DNA of 64,000 bases from the human T2T-CHM13v2.0 reference genome, Homo sapiens: the NCBI RefSeq assembly GCF_009914755.1, contig NC_060928.1, one strand, 5' to 3'. Numbering within the stretch: the stretch's first letter is position 1; the number at the start of each line of letters is the position of its first letter. The translations under genes were made by a program, and so were the position numbers. Below the pieces are notes generated by a model. That model ran no database searches and had not been told where the DNA came from. It was given only the letters and a program-made list of their open reading frames with translations. Shown here piece by piece: positions 1 to 13,712 of the stretch.

Positions 1-723
1 ACTTGGAGAATGTGTCTACTATACTGAGCTTTGGTCTTTTCACCTGTTAAATAGTGTTCTCTGCTTTGAAAACTGTTATTAATATATAATGCATTTGTAG
101 TTCTAGACACATAGCAGGTAATCCAGAAACAGCAGTCATCCCCTGCCTTCTTCAGCTTTATGAAAATAGCATATCTGTTATTTGGACCTGAGAGAAGAAT
201 CACAAAGTTTTAAAAAATATTGTACTGTGGCAACAGGGAAGGGAGAACTAGGAGAATGAAGCAGATAATACCTTATCTCTTGATATTCTGACTTTTAATT
301 TTCCTTCAGTAACTGTTCCTTCAAGTGGAATAGAGTTTTTCATAACATGGGATAGTTGGAATGGTCTAGATATTCATCCTGACCAATATATATTGCTCTC
401 ACTGGCACACCTACTGAAGAATACCTGGCCGTTCAAACAGGGTAAAATCACAAATAGTTAGAATAATCCAGACATTCATAGAGCAGTGAAAATCATGCAT
501 AAGCTTCAATTATCTTTACCTAAGCTTTTCAAGTTAAACTCCTTTTCAAAAGTCTCAGTCAAGAAGAAACTTTTTAAGGCTCTTAATTGAAAAACTAATG
601 TGAAATTACAAGGATCAGAAGTGAACTTCAATACTGAAGCTATGATCACATACTCTGAAACAGTGAAGGGATATAGCTGTATGAAAACTATCAAGAAAGA
701 CACAATTTAAGAGAATGTGACTC

Positions 724-729
724 TTTATT
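724..729 (-). terminator. Candidate distal polyadenylation signal AATAAA
   Basis: Plus-strand tttatt; ~20 nt downstream the minus strand reads ttgtgtctttcttgatagttttc. Further AATAAA at 891-886 and 1111-1102. Confidence 0.6.
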
Positions 730-1439
730 TATAACAAGTTACTGGTATTTTTTTTGTTCTAAGGATCATGAGAGTAAAGAACACTGAAAAATTGAGACAC
801 CTTTGCCACAAAATTACAAATGTTCCTCAAAACAATGAGGCAGTAGCAGAATAACAGAAGCCATTATAATCACAAGCCATAAAACTTTATTATACAAAGT
901 GACTACAAACACTTAATAGATGCAAATAATTGTTATTACAGTGAAGGATTGAAAACCAAACTATTTCCATTTAGGTAAATCATGTCTCAAAAGTCTTCTA
1001 ATTAGCCCTTTTTGCTTAGCTGCATTTCAGTTATCACAGCCTTTACTATTCACACACTCAAAGGGTCCAGGTATGTTTCATTGTCCAACAATAACAATTC
1101 TTTTATTTATTCTGACATAAATATTTCAGAAATTGTTTGAGGAACAGAAATCAACTTTCTGGATTTGTCTACACACAGTAGACTATTTCTACCCGCAATT
1201 CTCTTATTCTCTTTGTCCAAATATATATATAATTTTATACATATATATATGTATGTATGTCTCAGTTAGAAAACTGGAAATGGTTATTTGAATAGAAAAC
1301 TCTTTTAGTGAGGAACATTTTTCAAAAAATAAGAATCTAGACAGATCACTTTAGGATTTACATTTCAGATTATTTTTTTCTTCATCTTTTATGTGTGAAA
1401 AAGATAAATCAACAGGAAAAATAAGCCTTTGTATTACAT

Positions 1440-2172
1440 TCAGAATTTCCTTATGGTGTCTTTGTACCCATCTACATGCAAGCAAGTATCTACTACAGGA
1501 TCCCTTCCACCCAACACACCATGTCTCTCAGTTATGTTGTCTGTTAGTCAAAGCTTAATGTCTGCCACTTTTCTTTCTATTTGGGCCTATCATCCCCCAT
1601 CTCCGCTGAAGACTTGTGTCACAAGAGTACGGATTTCATCCTCATATTAGCCACTATAAGCTTAAACGCCTAACTGGCTTGTTATATTCCAAACCATCAC
1701 ACACAAATAAGATGAAACTTCTGCAGAAATTTTAATAATGTATCTTTTGTACTCAAGTATCTCTGTGAACTTTTTATGACTTCGTAATTTCCCCTAGCCT
1801 CCTGAAGTCCACATTCGTACTTCTCAGTTTATTGTTCTAACCTAACCTTTCATTGTCTCTATATGAATCTTAACTTCCAATTAATATGGAATTTTCATTT
1901 GTGCCCAGGCTTCTGTTTCTTTTTTCAAGCTGTTTACCCAGTTGGAAATTGTGATCTCTCTCCCTCTTACCTGTTGAATCCCCAGCTCGCATCTCTAAAC
2001 ACATATCCTCCACAAAACCTTCCCAAAGTTATCCTCCCTTCCTTAAATTGTATAACTAATCCTCTCATCTTTCTGACTACATTATATGTTCCTTGAAAGT
2101 CATCTTTATATTCCCTTTTGTATTTAGAACAGTACTTTGTACACAGAAAGTGCTGCATATATATTTGAATGA
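1440..2172 (+). mobile_element. Degraded L2 LINE within the 3' UTR, antisense to the mRNA
   Basis: Pyrimidine-rich L2-like sequence ending ...gtacacagaaagtgctgcatatatatttgaatga; boundaries approximate. Confidence 0.45.
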
Positions 2173-5100
2173 GGTTACCTCACTTCCGAAATGCAAACAC
2201 AAAAAGTCAGAGCTGACCTTACATTAACTAGAGCAATGTGGTCAATAGTATTTGAAAACTCCATTTGGAAAGTCCTTGATAAAGTTTGGTAATGGTTTTT
2301 GTAACTGTATAGAAGCCTGGCAAGACCTTCCTAGCAGTAAAAAGCAATAAAGAATGACCAACAAAAATGGAAATACCAAGTATGTCTTGCCATCATATGG
2401 TACAGCACTGAGAAGCTGAATAAATTTGATGATGTGAAGAAAACTTGGTAGGTCAGAAATAAATGTTTCTAGTGAGACAAGCAGTAAAGGCTTAAGAGTC
2501 TACTGGGTACCTTCAATGCCAGTTCTAAAACCAATGAAATAATTGCAAATGTAGTATTTTTTTACAGGAAATTTTGTAAGAGTAAAAATAGGTACTGGTA
2601 TAGAACTTTGAAAATATTATGCATGTATTTATTCATTTGTTATACATTTACTTAAATACTGGTTATTTATTTCAATCTACTAAAATCATCTTATTTAAAG
2701 CTCCTCTCTTGTAAAATCAAAGTGTTTTGTGTATTTTTCACAAATTTTGACCTGGAATATAATTTCACATTTATAACTATGGGGCCCTTGGTGTGAGAGA
2801 ACTGTAGCCTATTCTTTTTTATGCTGAATTGGCATGAATGCAGATTTCAATTTTATTCTTGTTCTTGAGACAAAAACATTGTCTATTTTATGATGATATA
2901 CTAATGCCAGAATATGGAAACACAAGTGAAAAAATCCTTATGATTGCCTTCATATTTATACACATTTACTGTGCTTAATTTAAAGTTGATCAATTTTAAA
3001 AACTTATTAAAGAAATCTGTCTTTAACTTAAAATAAAATGCCTCCAATTAGTTATCTAATTCCCACTTACATCAAGACTTCAGACTTACTGGGAAATTTT
3101 TCCCTGTCCCTGCTAAATTCTCAAGTATTCTATGTATTTTTTACTTTTTTTTAGAACTTACTTGGGTTTACAAAAATTAATTTAAGTGAGCCTAATTTTG
3201 TCCATGGAATTCGAAGATAAATAAAATATTACCCTGTCATTGTAAATCCAAAATCACATTTTCCCCTCTCAGAATTTCTAGATCCTGGTCACATATTTAG
3301 AGGATAGGTCTATATAAACAAACATTTTTACAAATGATCTTATTCCTTGTGCTCCAGGTATCCTTCCCAATTCTTTATATCTAATTTTGGGGTCTATGTT
3401 AGCATTAAAAACATTGAAAGCATCCAGGAAAATCAAGTTCCAATAAATTCAATAAATTATTATATAACTCCCCAGAGAAAGAGGAAGATTTTTTAAAAAA
3501 ATTATTTCTCAAGGTGGTGAAACTTATACTTGGAAGAGAGGAACAGGAAATGAACTGAATCAGCTTTGAAAAAAAGCTGTATTTGATTTCTTGAGAAAGA
3601 AGTCTAAATGTAGTTTTACCTTTTTATTCTTATTTTTAGAAATAATAAGATTTGTACACCATTCTTTCTGATCACACGTTTAAATAAAACTGATCAAAAT
3701 ACCACTTGCTTTGAAAACAAAGTGCTTGCTTGATGGTATATACAAGGAAAGGCATCTTTCATATATTTACAAATTTTATTTCCACTTGTAAATATTGTCA
3801 ACATTTAAAACCAAGTTAATGAAACACCAGTGAGAAAATCAAAGCTATTTTTTTTCTTTTACATAGAACGTGGTTCAGAAGGAAAAGCTATTTATATCAA
3901 GCACTTTTAAGTATTTTAAAATACAGTCATGCTCAGATACACTTGAAAGAGTCCCAAAATCAAAACTGTCTCATGATAGTAAGCTATAGCTTCAAACATG
4001 AAAATAGCCATATAATATTTTAGTAAAGTATTTTATTCTTTATTACTACTTTATTTTTTATTTATCCTTAAATGAATGCTCACTTTCAAAACATCCATCA
4101 GTACTCAATGTTATTAAAATGAATGTATGAATAATCTGTAAATGAATATATAGATGGCCAAAGTTTAGTTTGGCTGTTCATTCAAGAAAAGCAGTGTCGG
4201 TGGATATTGGGCATTACCATTTGATTCATGCTTATTTTTTTCCAGAAGTTTATGAGCAAGTGAAAAAAAAAATAGAGTTAGCTGGGAACACACAGTAAAT
4301 TATAAATAAATTAATTAAAAATTTAAAAAACTAGATATTTCCAATACACGTGTATAATCATGCCAGACATTCACTAACCACGCAGCGGAATTATAACATT
4401 AAAAACTAGAGTAACAATTGCAGAGGTGACAGGTTTCCTCTCAAACCTTAAGTAAGATAGGCTGTGATCATAAAACTCTTCATCATGGTCATTGGTCTTG
4501 GCAACAGAAACAATCTTTAAAGGTTATTTCCAAGCTAAACCTGGTGGTTCTCCAGAAATTTATGTGATGAATCTTATAAACAATTGGTATGTCAAGCTAC
4601 TTACAGGATTATAATGATTGAAGCCTAAATTTATTCTTAACAAAAGAGACATTTTTAAAACTATTAACTGATAGATTTTACATCCAGTGAGATGCTAAGA
4701 ATTTAGAGAGCACTCACATTCATGTTCATTAAAGATGCCTCTAACAAAACTCCCTCTTTAACATGATTTTGAGGCTGCCCCCAGTTTCTAGAAAAAAAAA
4801 AGAATATTATAATAATGTATAATGTAGTTGCAAAACTGACAGGGTCCAAAACTTTGGAGCTGGAAGAGGCAATATGTAACGCAGGCCTAAAACTGTTTTC
4901 TGCATATTACTAGTCTAAAAACAATGCTAATAGCACATATTTAAGATTTTGTCCTCAATGTGACCTGCAACTCAGTTTGCCAGGTAATAATTTTTTAACC
5001 ACATCAGTAAATACAAGCAATGTTCCTCAATATTTTTATTTTAGGGACTGCAACACTTTCATAAAACATAAAGAAAAAAATAATCATTTCTCTCTGCATT

Positions 5101-5924
5101 TAATTTGCATTAATGTGCATTTGCAGATTTTAATATTTCAGTGTTAACCTCATCATACATTATAAATGCTATGAAGCAGAGAATAAAATGGTTAGATTTT
5201 ACCTGATTTTTTCATCTTGCATTCTTAAAAAATGACTGGTGGCTTCATTCCAAGTTTGCAAATCACCAAAGTAAATGCAACTGGCGTTCTGTTTAATATT
5301 GTGTCAGAAAATGGACTGGATTAAAAGACAGGTAAAAATTGACCTTTTCATAAGTCTTCAGTAACTGATAGTTTAAAAATAAATCAATTTCTTCTTGGGA
5401 ATACAATATCTTGGAAGAAAATCCAAGAAAACTATGGCTTTATGTTATCAACTAACTGTATTTCAAGCAGGGTAATCAAATGAAAAGCAAGAAAAAACAA
5501 ATTAACAGTCTTTTTTCTGGCACAAAAGTTGCTACATAAATATTAGTAATTAGTCTTACATTACAAAACAATTATAGATTATATTTAAACAAAATATGTA
5601 TTAAAATTATTCCATCTTTAAAACATGAATCATAGAACTTAAAAATTCAAAATTATAATAACATATAAGTAAATTAAAGAAAATTTAAGTAAAAATATGT
5701 GAGTATTTTAACCTACTGGATTTTGCAACTAATCAGTTTCACGTAAATTAGCCTGAAAGCTGCTACTTTATTTACTTCTGAAGGCCTTAAAATAGTTACA
5801 ATACTATTCACATTTTAACCATTGGTCTCTCTGCATTTTAAATTTAAACTTCAAGTTACTGAAGTACAAAAGATTCTACTGAATTTAGTCAGACTTCTTT
5901 TGATTTTTGCTTATGAAGTAGATT

Positions 5925-6191
5925 TTATAAGTAAAGATAGCCAACCCAATAAACCAAGTTGAACAGGGCAAAAGCGGTTGGGAAAAATATTCTAGAATAA
6001 GAGTCAATTTTGGCAATGCGTATGTGTATCCTTCCTTCCCTCCAAGATCCTGTTCTGCAGTCTTCAAAGCAACAGAAGAAGCTGGCACAATCTTTGCCCT
6101 CCAAACACTGATACCCATAATCATCTTCTTGCGGCACAGAAATATTATTCATTGGAATCAGAGTGGATCCAGGATGGAGACCAGGAGTCAT
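5925..6191 (-). CDS. GABRG1: GABRG1 last coding exon 9 (267 nt including TAA; MTPGLHPG...[49 protein letters not shown]), TM3-TM4 loop and TM4
   Basis: ORF 5925..6191; gamma-subunit cysteine cluster and TM4; acceptor gctcag|ATG, phase 0 matching exon 8. Confidence 0.97.
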
Positions 6192-6714
6192 CTGAGCACA
6201 ATAATAAATGAATTTTTGACATCAAAAAAGTAGCATAAGGAAAGATCAATTTGCTCCTTTAACGCAAACTCTAGGAGACTGACAGGTAATGAAAATAATC
6301 TTGATTTCAAAAAATCAAGTATTTTCAATTATAACATGTTTTATATTATAATTTGCTTTGTAATAGAACATTTGTTACATTCTATTAAGCAGAAATGAAA
6401 TACCCCTGAAAAATAAAATATATTTTTATACATTTAGAAAGTTGACTCACCAAAATATCATTTACCATGGATCTAATTCTAAAATAAAATGAACTGTATA
6501 TTCTATTTTATATTAAAACATTAACAGTGCTATACACATCTTTTTTTGCTATTATATATTATTTATCGACTTTAATAAAAATGAGAATAAATAGCAAAGA
6601 AGACATTTTGATAATGCAAAAGGTTTGTGAAGATATGAATTGACAAAAAAAGTTATGGGGTTTGTGATGGGTAAGCACAAGGCACCATATTTGGGAAAGA
6701 GGATGTGTAGGAAT

Positions 6715-6898
6715 TAAAAGCTCAGACTTGGGAACAATTGGTGTTCAAATTCTGCTCATTCTACCAATGTATCTGTCTTCTTAGCTGGAATTATACTTGC
6801 ACCTAATTTCTGTGATAGCTATGATAAGTAAATTTCAATGGCTTATGTAAAATGATCAATGCTCCATCATGCTCAGTAATAATAGCTACTATTATTAA
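6715..6898 (+). mobile_element. MIR SINE, degraded
   Basis: gttcaaattctgctc...ttatgtaaaatg...catgctcagtaataatagctactattatta resembles MIR core and 3' end. Confidence 0.5.
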
Positions 6899-9096
6899 CA
6901 GCTTTATTTGGAACATGTTAAATTAAGTTTTTATAATACTTGATTTTGAATAATACTTAAATAATTAAAAAGTGAAAGTATTATTCTTTGGCTTCTATGT
7001 TTTCTTCTGTACAAAAATGGCAATAAAAACATTGTAGGTTTGCTTGATTATTAAATGGGATGATGGATATAAAACACTAAGCAAAATACTTGAAACATAG
7101 CAAGTAATCACCTGCCAGTAGGTAACATCATTATTGTTGTCATTGTTACTGTTTATTCCTGATGAGGCCTATATCACAATTGATTATAAAATTCATGCTA
7201 AGATAAACATACAAACAATAATAATAGCAACAACAACAAAGTCCTAGACCACATAAAAATGTTACTGGAAAAAAGTTAATGACTCCTTTAATAAGCTGGC
7301 AAGTAAAAGATGAGTATTTCAACTTTAGCAATTCTTCGTTTTTCAGAATTCAACATATTTTGAGGGTTATCTCAAGATGTGAATCTTACAACTTATTGTA
7401 TTCAGCAATTTCACTCTCTAAACATTAAATATAGCGCCAATTTTATAAAAATTGTTTTAACCAGCTCTTACATCTTTTCCCATGCAAATGTTTGTTAAAT
7501 GTTTTCATGCTAAATTTTGAAATAGGTCAACAAAATTAAATATTTTATGAAAAACATTCTTACAAATGTATACAAAAGTTTAAAATTTCTTACAACTTTA
7601 ACTATATTCATGTCCATTTTAGTTCTAAAAAGAAACATAGATTCCAAGTCACCAAATATTAAAAATCCAGTAGATGCAAAAGGAAGCAAATATTCACATT
7701 TAGTGATATTTTTAAAAGATTAAAGCATCATGCAGGTCACAATATTCATATTAGAGACAAATGTGCACCTTGACGATAAGGAGAAATGCCCCAAACACAA
7801 GTAAGTTCATGATTAAACTTGCTTAGCTATATCACAAAAAGCAGAGGCAGTATCTTATTAAATGTTAATGACAGATCTTTTGAGGATGGAACTGGGGATA
7901 GTTGATTACATTCCTAAATTTTAATGGAGCACTAAAATCATGTAAAAAAAAAGAGAGAGACGAATTGGTACCTATTTCCTTGTCACTTGATACTTGAATA
8001 GCATATGCTCTTATGCTAATCAGAATGAAAATTAATTTTAAAAAATTGTTAGGAGGCAATTTTAAGATTATGTGGTAGAAAACACATTCCATATATGAAA
8101 CGGCATTATCATAAATGGAAATATGGTGTGTTTTTCAGAGGATATTAGTTTTTCATGAGAGAAATGATTAAATTTTTTAGTGCACTAAAATGAACAAAAA
8201 CTGCAAGGGGTTTATTTAAAAAATGAACTCTCTGGTGAGAGTATCATGGAGAGTTCTATGGGAAATACATTTTAAATTGGCAGTTGTCTAGATTTTTGCT
8301 CCCTCCACCCCATCCCCTCAAAACTCAAGTTCATGAATTGAAAGAAACTACACATCAGTGAACAATGAAAGTAAACAGAAATGGACATATAAATGCTGAG
8401 AAAAATAGCCAAAAATCTAACACAATGTCAATAAAATAAAATATTGATGAAACACAGATTTCTGACCTTTAAACCACTGAGAAATTAATCAGAAAAATGT
8501 ATACATTCCAAGTCTTATTTATCTGAAGTGCAGCTATGCTACCCATCTTTTAGTTTCTCAAGAATAGACCCTGCCTTCCCCAAAAAAGCAAACATTAAAA
8601 AACAAATCAGTTAAAGCAATTTAAAAAGTAGCAACATAATTGAATAGAATATTCTACCTTAAATAAAATCGTTTTTAAAATACACTTTTAAAAAATTTCA
8701 AAAATTACTAAGAATATAGCTGAGCTCACTATTTTGAGAAATTCATCAAATTTTCACTATTAAGGATATATCTCTGTCTAGTTATATACTAATAAAATAT
8801 ATTTTAAGCACCAAAATATACTAATATCAAATAAATGGGAAGTGATAAATAAATCAGTATTTACATATAGTTATTACTTATACCATCTGATAATTATTAT
8901 ACCATCTGCTAAAATTATTAAATATTAGTAATATGAATGGTAAATATTATTTGATGATTATATTATTATGAAATACTGACTATATAATATTAATTTCCCA
9001 TTTAAAATATTGCATGAGAAAATGCCAAACTAAGCACTGTTTACCACTCCTTCACAAAATCCTGTTTAAGTTGGGATGTTCAAAAATTGTAGATTA

Positions 9097-9430
<334 letters not shown>

Positions 9431-10657
9431 CAAATTCCAGGAGGTGAATCTTGGTGACGAGGAGCTGCCAATCAGCATTTAGAATTTCTGATCAATTTCT
9501 GAAGTACAAAAAACAGATGGAAATAGGCCAATGGATAAAGCAGACCAAAAGAAGACACATCTCAGAAAGGCTCAGTAAATGGAAACATGACTGTGGAATC
9601 TACTCTTCCACTCAGTATAAGGAAGGAAGAATGGGAGTAATGAATAGAATGGAAAACATGGTGTTAGCTAAATGTCCACCTCCAGATCAGCTGCACTCCT
9701 TTGAACTATGGTTCACCTACTGTGCATGTAGAGAGTAAAGATGACGACGGTTGGCATTCACTCATCTCTAAACTCTATAACTTCTAAAAAATGAGAAGAA
9801 ACTTTCACTATCCTAGGAGAAAGGTTAGGGCTCTTGATGTTGGAACTGGAATGTCCTAGTATTGTGCCATCATCCTATCATTTAGAATGTATATGTGTAT
9901 ATTTGGAAGGAATCAGATGTCATGCCACACAAACACACGTATGAAAGTAAAATACGATGGTTGCAAACTTGACAGTTACATACGAAACTTACCGGGCCTA
10001 TTTGGGGAACAATCATGAAGAAGTTTTGAGGTAAGTGAACAATACAAAGGAGAAAAGTGAAAATGAACAGCTGGAATTACTGATTCTAATATTTTAGGAA
10101 ATATGAGAAAATAAATCTAGTTAGTCCACTCAGAAATACTTGAGGAAGTAATACATCCACTTAAGGAAAAATGAACAAAGAACAGTTAGAAAATAAGACC
10201 TCTCTGAAATTCATAAAGTTATTGTAAATTTTTAATAAGCTAAAAGTGTTAAAATGAAATCTTGAAAAAACTGCTCATAGTATGGAAAAATGGCTTAAAA
10301 TATGATAAAAGGAAAATCTGGAATACATGCTGAACCTAAGAAGTCAAAAATCTAACTACCAGTAGTTTCCAAGGAGAAAATAGAAATTAATTGGAATGAA
10401 CAATTGATAACATTCTCAAAAATAAAACATAAGAATATTAAGTAATGAGGAAATGAAAGAGGACAAAACACAGAAAATGTACGACTCCTTAAGATTTTTT
10501 TTTCACTGTAAAAAAACAAGATGATGGAAAGTTTCTTAAGAAAAGAAAAAAGTTTTATCTGCAAAGAATGATAATAAAATTGGCACTAGAATTAATCACA
10601 ATAATGAATTCAGAAGTAGAGATTTAAATATATTATTTAAAGTTTTAAAATTAACCA

Positions 10658-10800
10658 AGTGCCTGACTAATTTTTTGTATTTTTGTAGAGACAGGTTTCA
10701 CCATGTTGGCCAGGATGGACTCAATCTCCTGACCCCGTGATCTGCCCACCTTGGCCTCCCAAAGTGCTGGAATTACAGGAGTGAGCCAATACACCAGGTC
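10658..10800 (-). mobile_element. Alu left arm plus linker (AluS-like, truncated)
   Basis: taattttttgtatttttgtagagacaggtttcaccatgttggccaggatgg...cctcccaaagtgctggaattacagg. Confidence 0.88.
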
Positions 10801-11037
10801 AATAACTATTAATAGTAAGTTAAAATACTGAGAAAGAGAATAAGAAAGATACAACAGAAGAGCTATTTTTTCTTTTGTACCAAAGAGTTATAGATACCTG
10901 GAAATTTGGTACAGTAAGAATCAGAAATACAATGAAAATAATAATTACAAGAATGTAAAATCAGAAATGGTTACAATGTAGTTGATTCTGAGATTTTGGA
11001 CAAAATGTTCTAGGTAGAGAATTTTCTTTATTTGTAC

Positions 11038-11088
11038 ATTTATGAATTGTTCTATTTGTTTATTTATGAATTGTTCTATTTGTTTATT
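11038..11088. repeat. Perfect 24-bp tandem duplication (atttatgaattgttctatttgttt x2)
   Basis: Units at 11038-11061 and 11062-11085. Confidence 0.9.
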
Positions 11089-11221
11089 AGTTTCAACCAT
11101 GCTCCACTATTACTGTTAAAATTAATTTTTTTAAATGGGAATTTTACTCAATGATTAATCTGGTCCCTTTCTGCTGTGATAGTCTATGATGTTTTAAATA
11201 GAAATATAAATATTAAGCAGT

Positions 11222-11391
11222 GTTCTTTGGTAGCCAAGGTAGAAAAAAGAGCTGTTGGTGGTGGTATCTATACACTCCAGGGAAGCATCATATGGCCATT
11301 GTCACAACTGGTACTAACTGGTTACTCTATCTATTGAAAACATTCCACCATGCACTGACTCTTTACAATTGTTTAAGTAACCTTCTTGCTG
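11222..11391 (+). repeat. Copy A of a ~158-bp direct duplication (copy B at 13355-13518)
   Basis: 11234-11391 aligns ungapped to 13361-13518 with 8 substitutions by my count. Confidence 0.95.
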
Positions 11392-11977
11392 TATTTCACA
11401 TTTCACCAATATCACATAATCCTTCCTGGGAGCTTTGCCAAATACTATTATAAGAAAGAATCTATAAGTTGTGAAACTGTGGATTGATACAGCTTTTCAT
11501 TATTTTAGTACTCTGAGAGGTAGACAAATGTTTATTCAATAGGCATGCACTGACTGAAATGAAAATCTCTTTGCTGAAAAGGAGCTGTGGGTGAGGACTG
11601 TGGGGTGAGGCGGTGCCAGGGGGGACCCAAAAACTTGCTAATGCATTATTTTCATCCTAATATCTTGGTTTCAGCTTTTAGTATTATATTACTTCTGGAA
11701 CAACTGCAATAGTCTCCAAATTTATCTCCCTGCCTCTTTTGCCATCCAAGTATATACTGTATACTATTTCTAATTATCTTCTGAAAACATACATAGAAAT
11801 ATACCATCCTGCTTAAAAACGTGTATAACTTGCCTGCGCTAACAAGACAAAATGTAAATTCTTAGCATGACTTTAAAGATTTTGCACAACCTGGCCATAA
11901 ACCACTCTTCTATCCTCAACATAGGTTATTTTCTTTCCTAAGAGAAAATGTTTCTTTCCTACTTTCAAGATAAACAT

Positions 11978-12178
11978 TACCCAATAGCACTTTCTGTGAT
12001 GACAATGTTCTACATCTACACTCTTCAATATGATAGCCATAAGTCACATGTGGCTATTGAGCACTTGAAATGTGACTAGCGCTACTAAGATACCGAATAT
12101 TATATTTTGTTTAATTTTAATTAATTTAACCCAACCTATCTATATGTGCTTAGTGGCTATTATATTGGACAGCACAGC
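11978..12178 (+). mobile_element. MER3-like hAT-Charlie MITE
   Basis: ccaatagcactttctgtgatga...cacatgtggctattgagcacttgaaatgtg...gtggctattatattggacagcacag. Confidence 0.8.
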
Positions 12179-13304
12179 TTGGGACGTATGCTAGTCTACT
12201 TTTTGTTCTCACATGTAAGGCTCAGCCCAGCTGACATAGTTCCCTCTATCTTAAATGTTCTTTCTAATTTGTTATCTTGAAAACTGCAACTTTTTCTTCA
12301 AAAAATTACTTCAGTGAAGCCACACTTTCTCTGGAATTTTCCTTGCCAAACTTCCATCAGTTTATATGTTTTATGAATGAATTATTTACACATGAAATGA
12401 AAGGAATCCTCTCCTCTCCACAAGGTTCTCTTCAACACTGTGTGCCTGTTCAATGTTTCACAGGCCACATAATATGATGTCTGAAGACTGCCTGGGATGC
12501 TAGGCATAGGCCACATAGGTCTGGCTTTGTGATACCTGTCTGTTTCCACAAGAACAGTTCCTTTAAAAATACATTTTATGTTTTTATAAAAAATAAAAAT
12601 ATTGTTATTTAAAAATAATAAAATATCTTATGTATATTTGTTATAAAAATACCCTACTTCTGAAAAAGCATGAGAAATTATTCATCTAATTGTTAATTCC
12701 CTCACAGACTCCTTGTTTAATTTTGATCTTTATCTTGGAATATTATTTATATTGTATCTTATTATGTTTGTATTTGCGATGCATTTTTTCACAACTGGAT
12801 GTAATCATCCCTGAAAGCAAAGAACACATTCTATCTCTTTTTTGTCTCCATAATGTCTCGTCCATAGCTGGATAAATAAATTTCTATAATTTCACATCTT
12901 AATAAAATCAGGAAACTAAAAATAAGTAAGTTCAATCCTCAAATGGCTATAGCAGGCCCCTGAAGTAGGTACAACATGGTTTTCTGAAATTTCTGCTAGC
13001 CTATGGGCCGAATATTCAAGTTTCAACATAAACTACTCTTCAATTGGCAAAGGCTAGTTTATTACTAGTGCCTTTCGGTTTATTACTAGTGGCTTTATCT
13101 GTTGCATAAAATGTCTTGATTCCATAGTTCAACATATTTAACTTAACTTCTTAGACTTTCTTGAAAATAAATGTTGGCACAAATACACCTGAATTATATA
13201 CTTGCCGATTAGTAATAATATATATTGGATGGGCATATGAAACAATCCAAAATGTCATTCACATGTACAATAAAATGGAAGAAAAATTTGGTCATAATGG
13301 AATA

Positions 13305-13712
13305 GAGAAGGAAGGAAGGAAGGAAGGAAGGAAGGAAGGAAGGAAGGAAGGAAGGTTCTTCCAAGGTAGAAAAAAGAGCTGTTGGTGGTGGTATCTATAT
13401 ACTTCAGGGAAGCATCATATGGCCATTGTCACAACTGGTACTAAATGGTTACTCTATCTATTGAAAATATCCCACCATACACCGACTCTTTACAATTGTT
13501 TAAGTAACCTTCTTACTGGAAAGAAGGAAGGAAGGAAGGAAGGAGAAGGGAAGGGAAGCGAAGGGAAGGAAAGGGAGGAAAGGAAGGAAAGAAAGAAGGA
13601 AGGAAGGAAGGAAAGGGAAGGGAGAAAGGAAAAGCAAGGAAGGAAAAATAGAAAGCGAGCATAAAAGACAAATGAAAGAAAGAGAATGAAAGAAAGAGTG
13701 AGAGAGAGCAAG
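13305..13712 (+). repeat. (GGAA)n / GA-rich microsatellite interrupted by duplication copy B (13355-13518)
   Basis: Pure GGAA run to 13354, unique insert, then degenerate GA-rich repeat from 13519. Confidence 0.92.

Larger units (their letters stand above)
705..5924 (-). other. GABRG1: GABRG1 3' UTR (~5.2 kb; distal end approximate)
   Basis: Follows the stop codon; end inferred from AATAAA at 729-724 with a GU/U-rich downstream element, consistent with my recollection of a long GABRG1 mRNA. Confidence 0.7.

Noticed and set aside
5885-6233. Alternative-frame and antisense ORFs over exon 9
   Set aside because: Shadows of the real coding exon.
13057-13098. 21-bp tandem repeat (gtttattactagtg x2), and similar ones at 11038 and 42086, as a CRISPR-like array
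   Set aside because: Only two units each and no unique spacers; ordinary slippage duplications in a eukaryotic intron.
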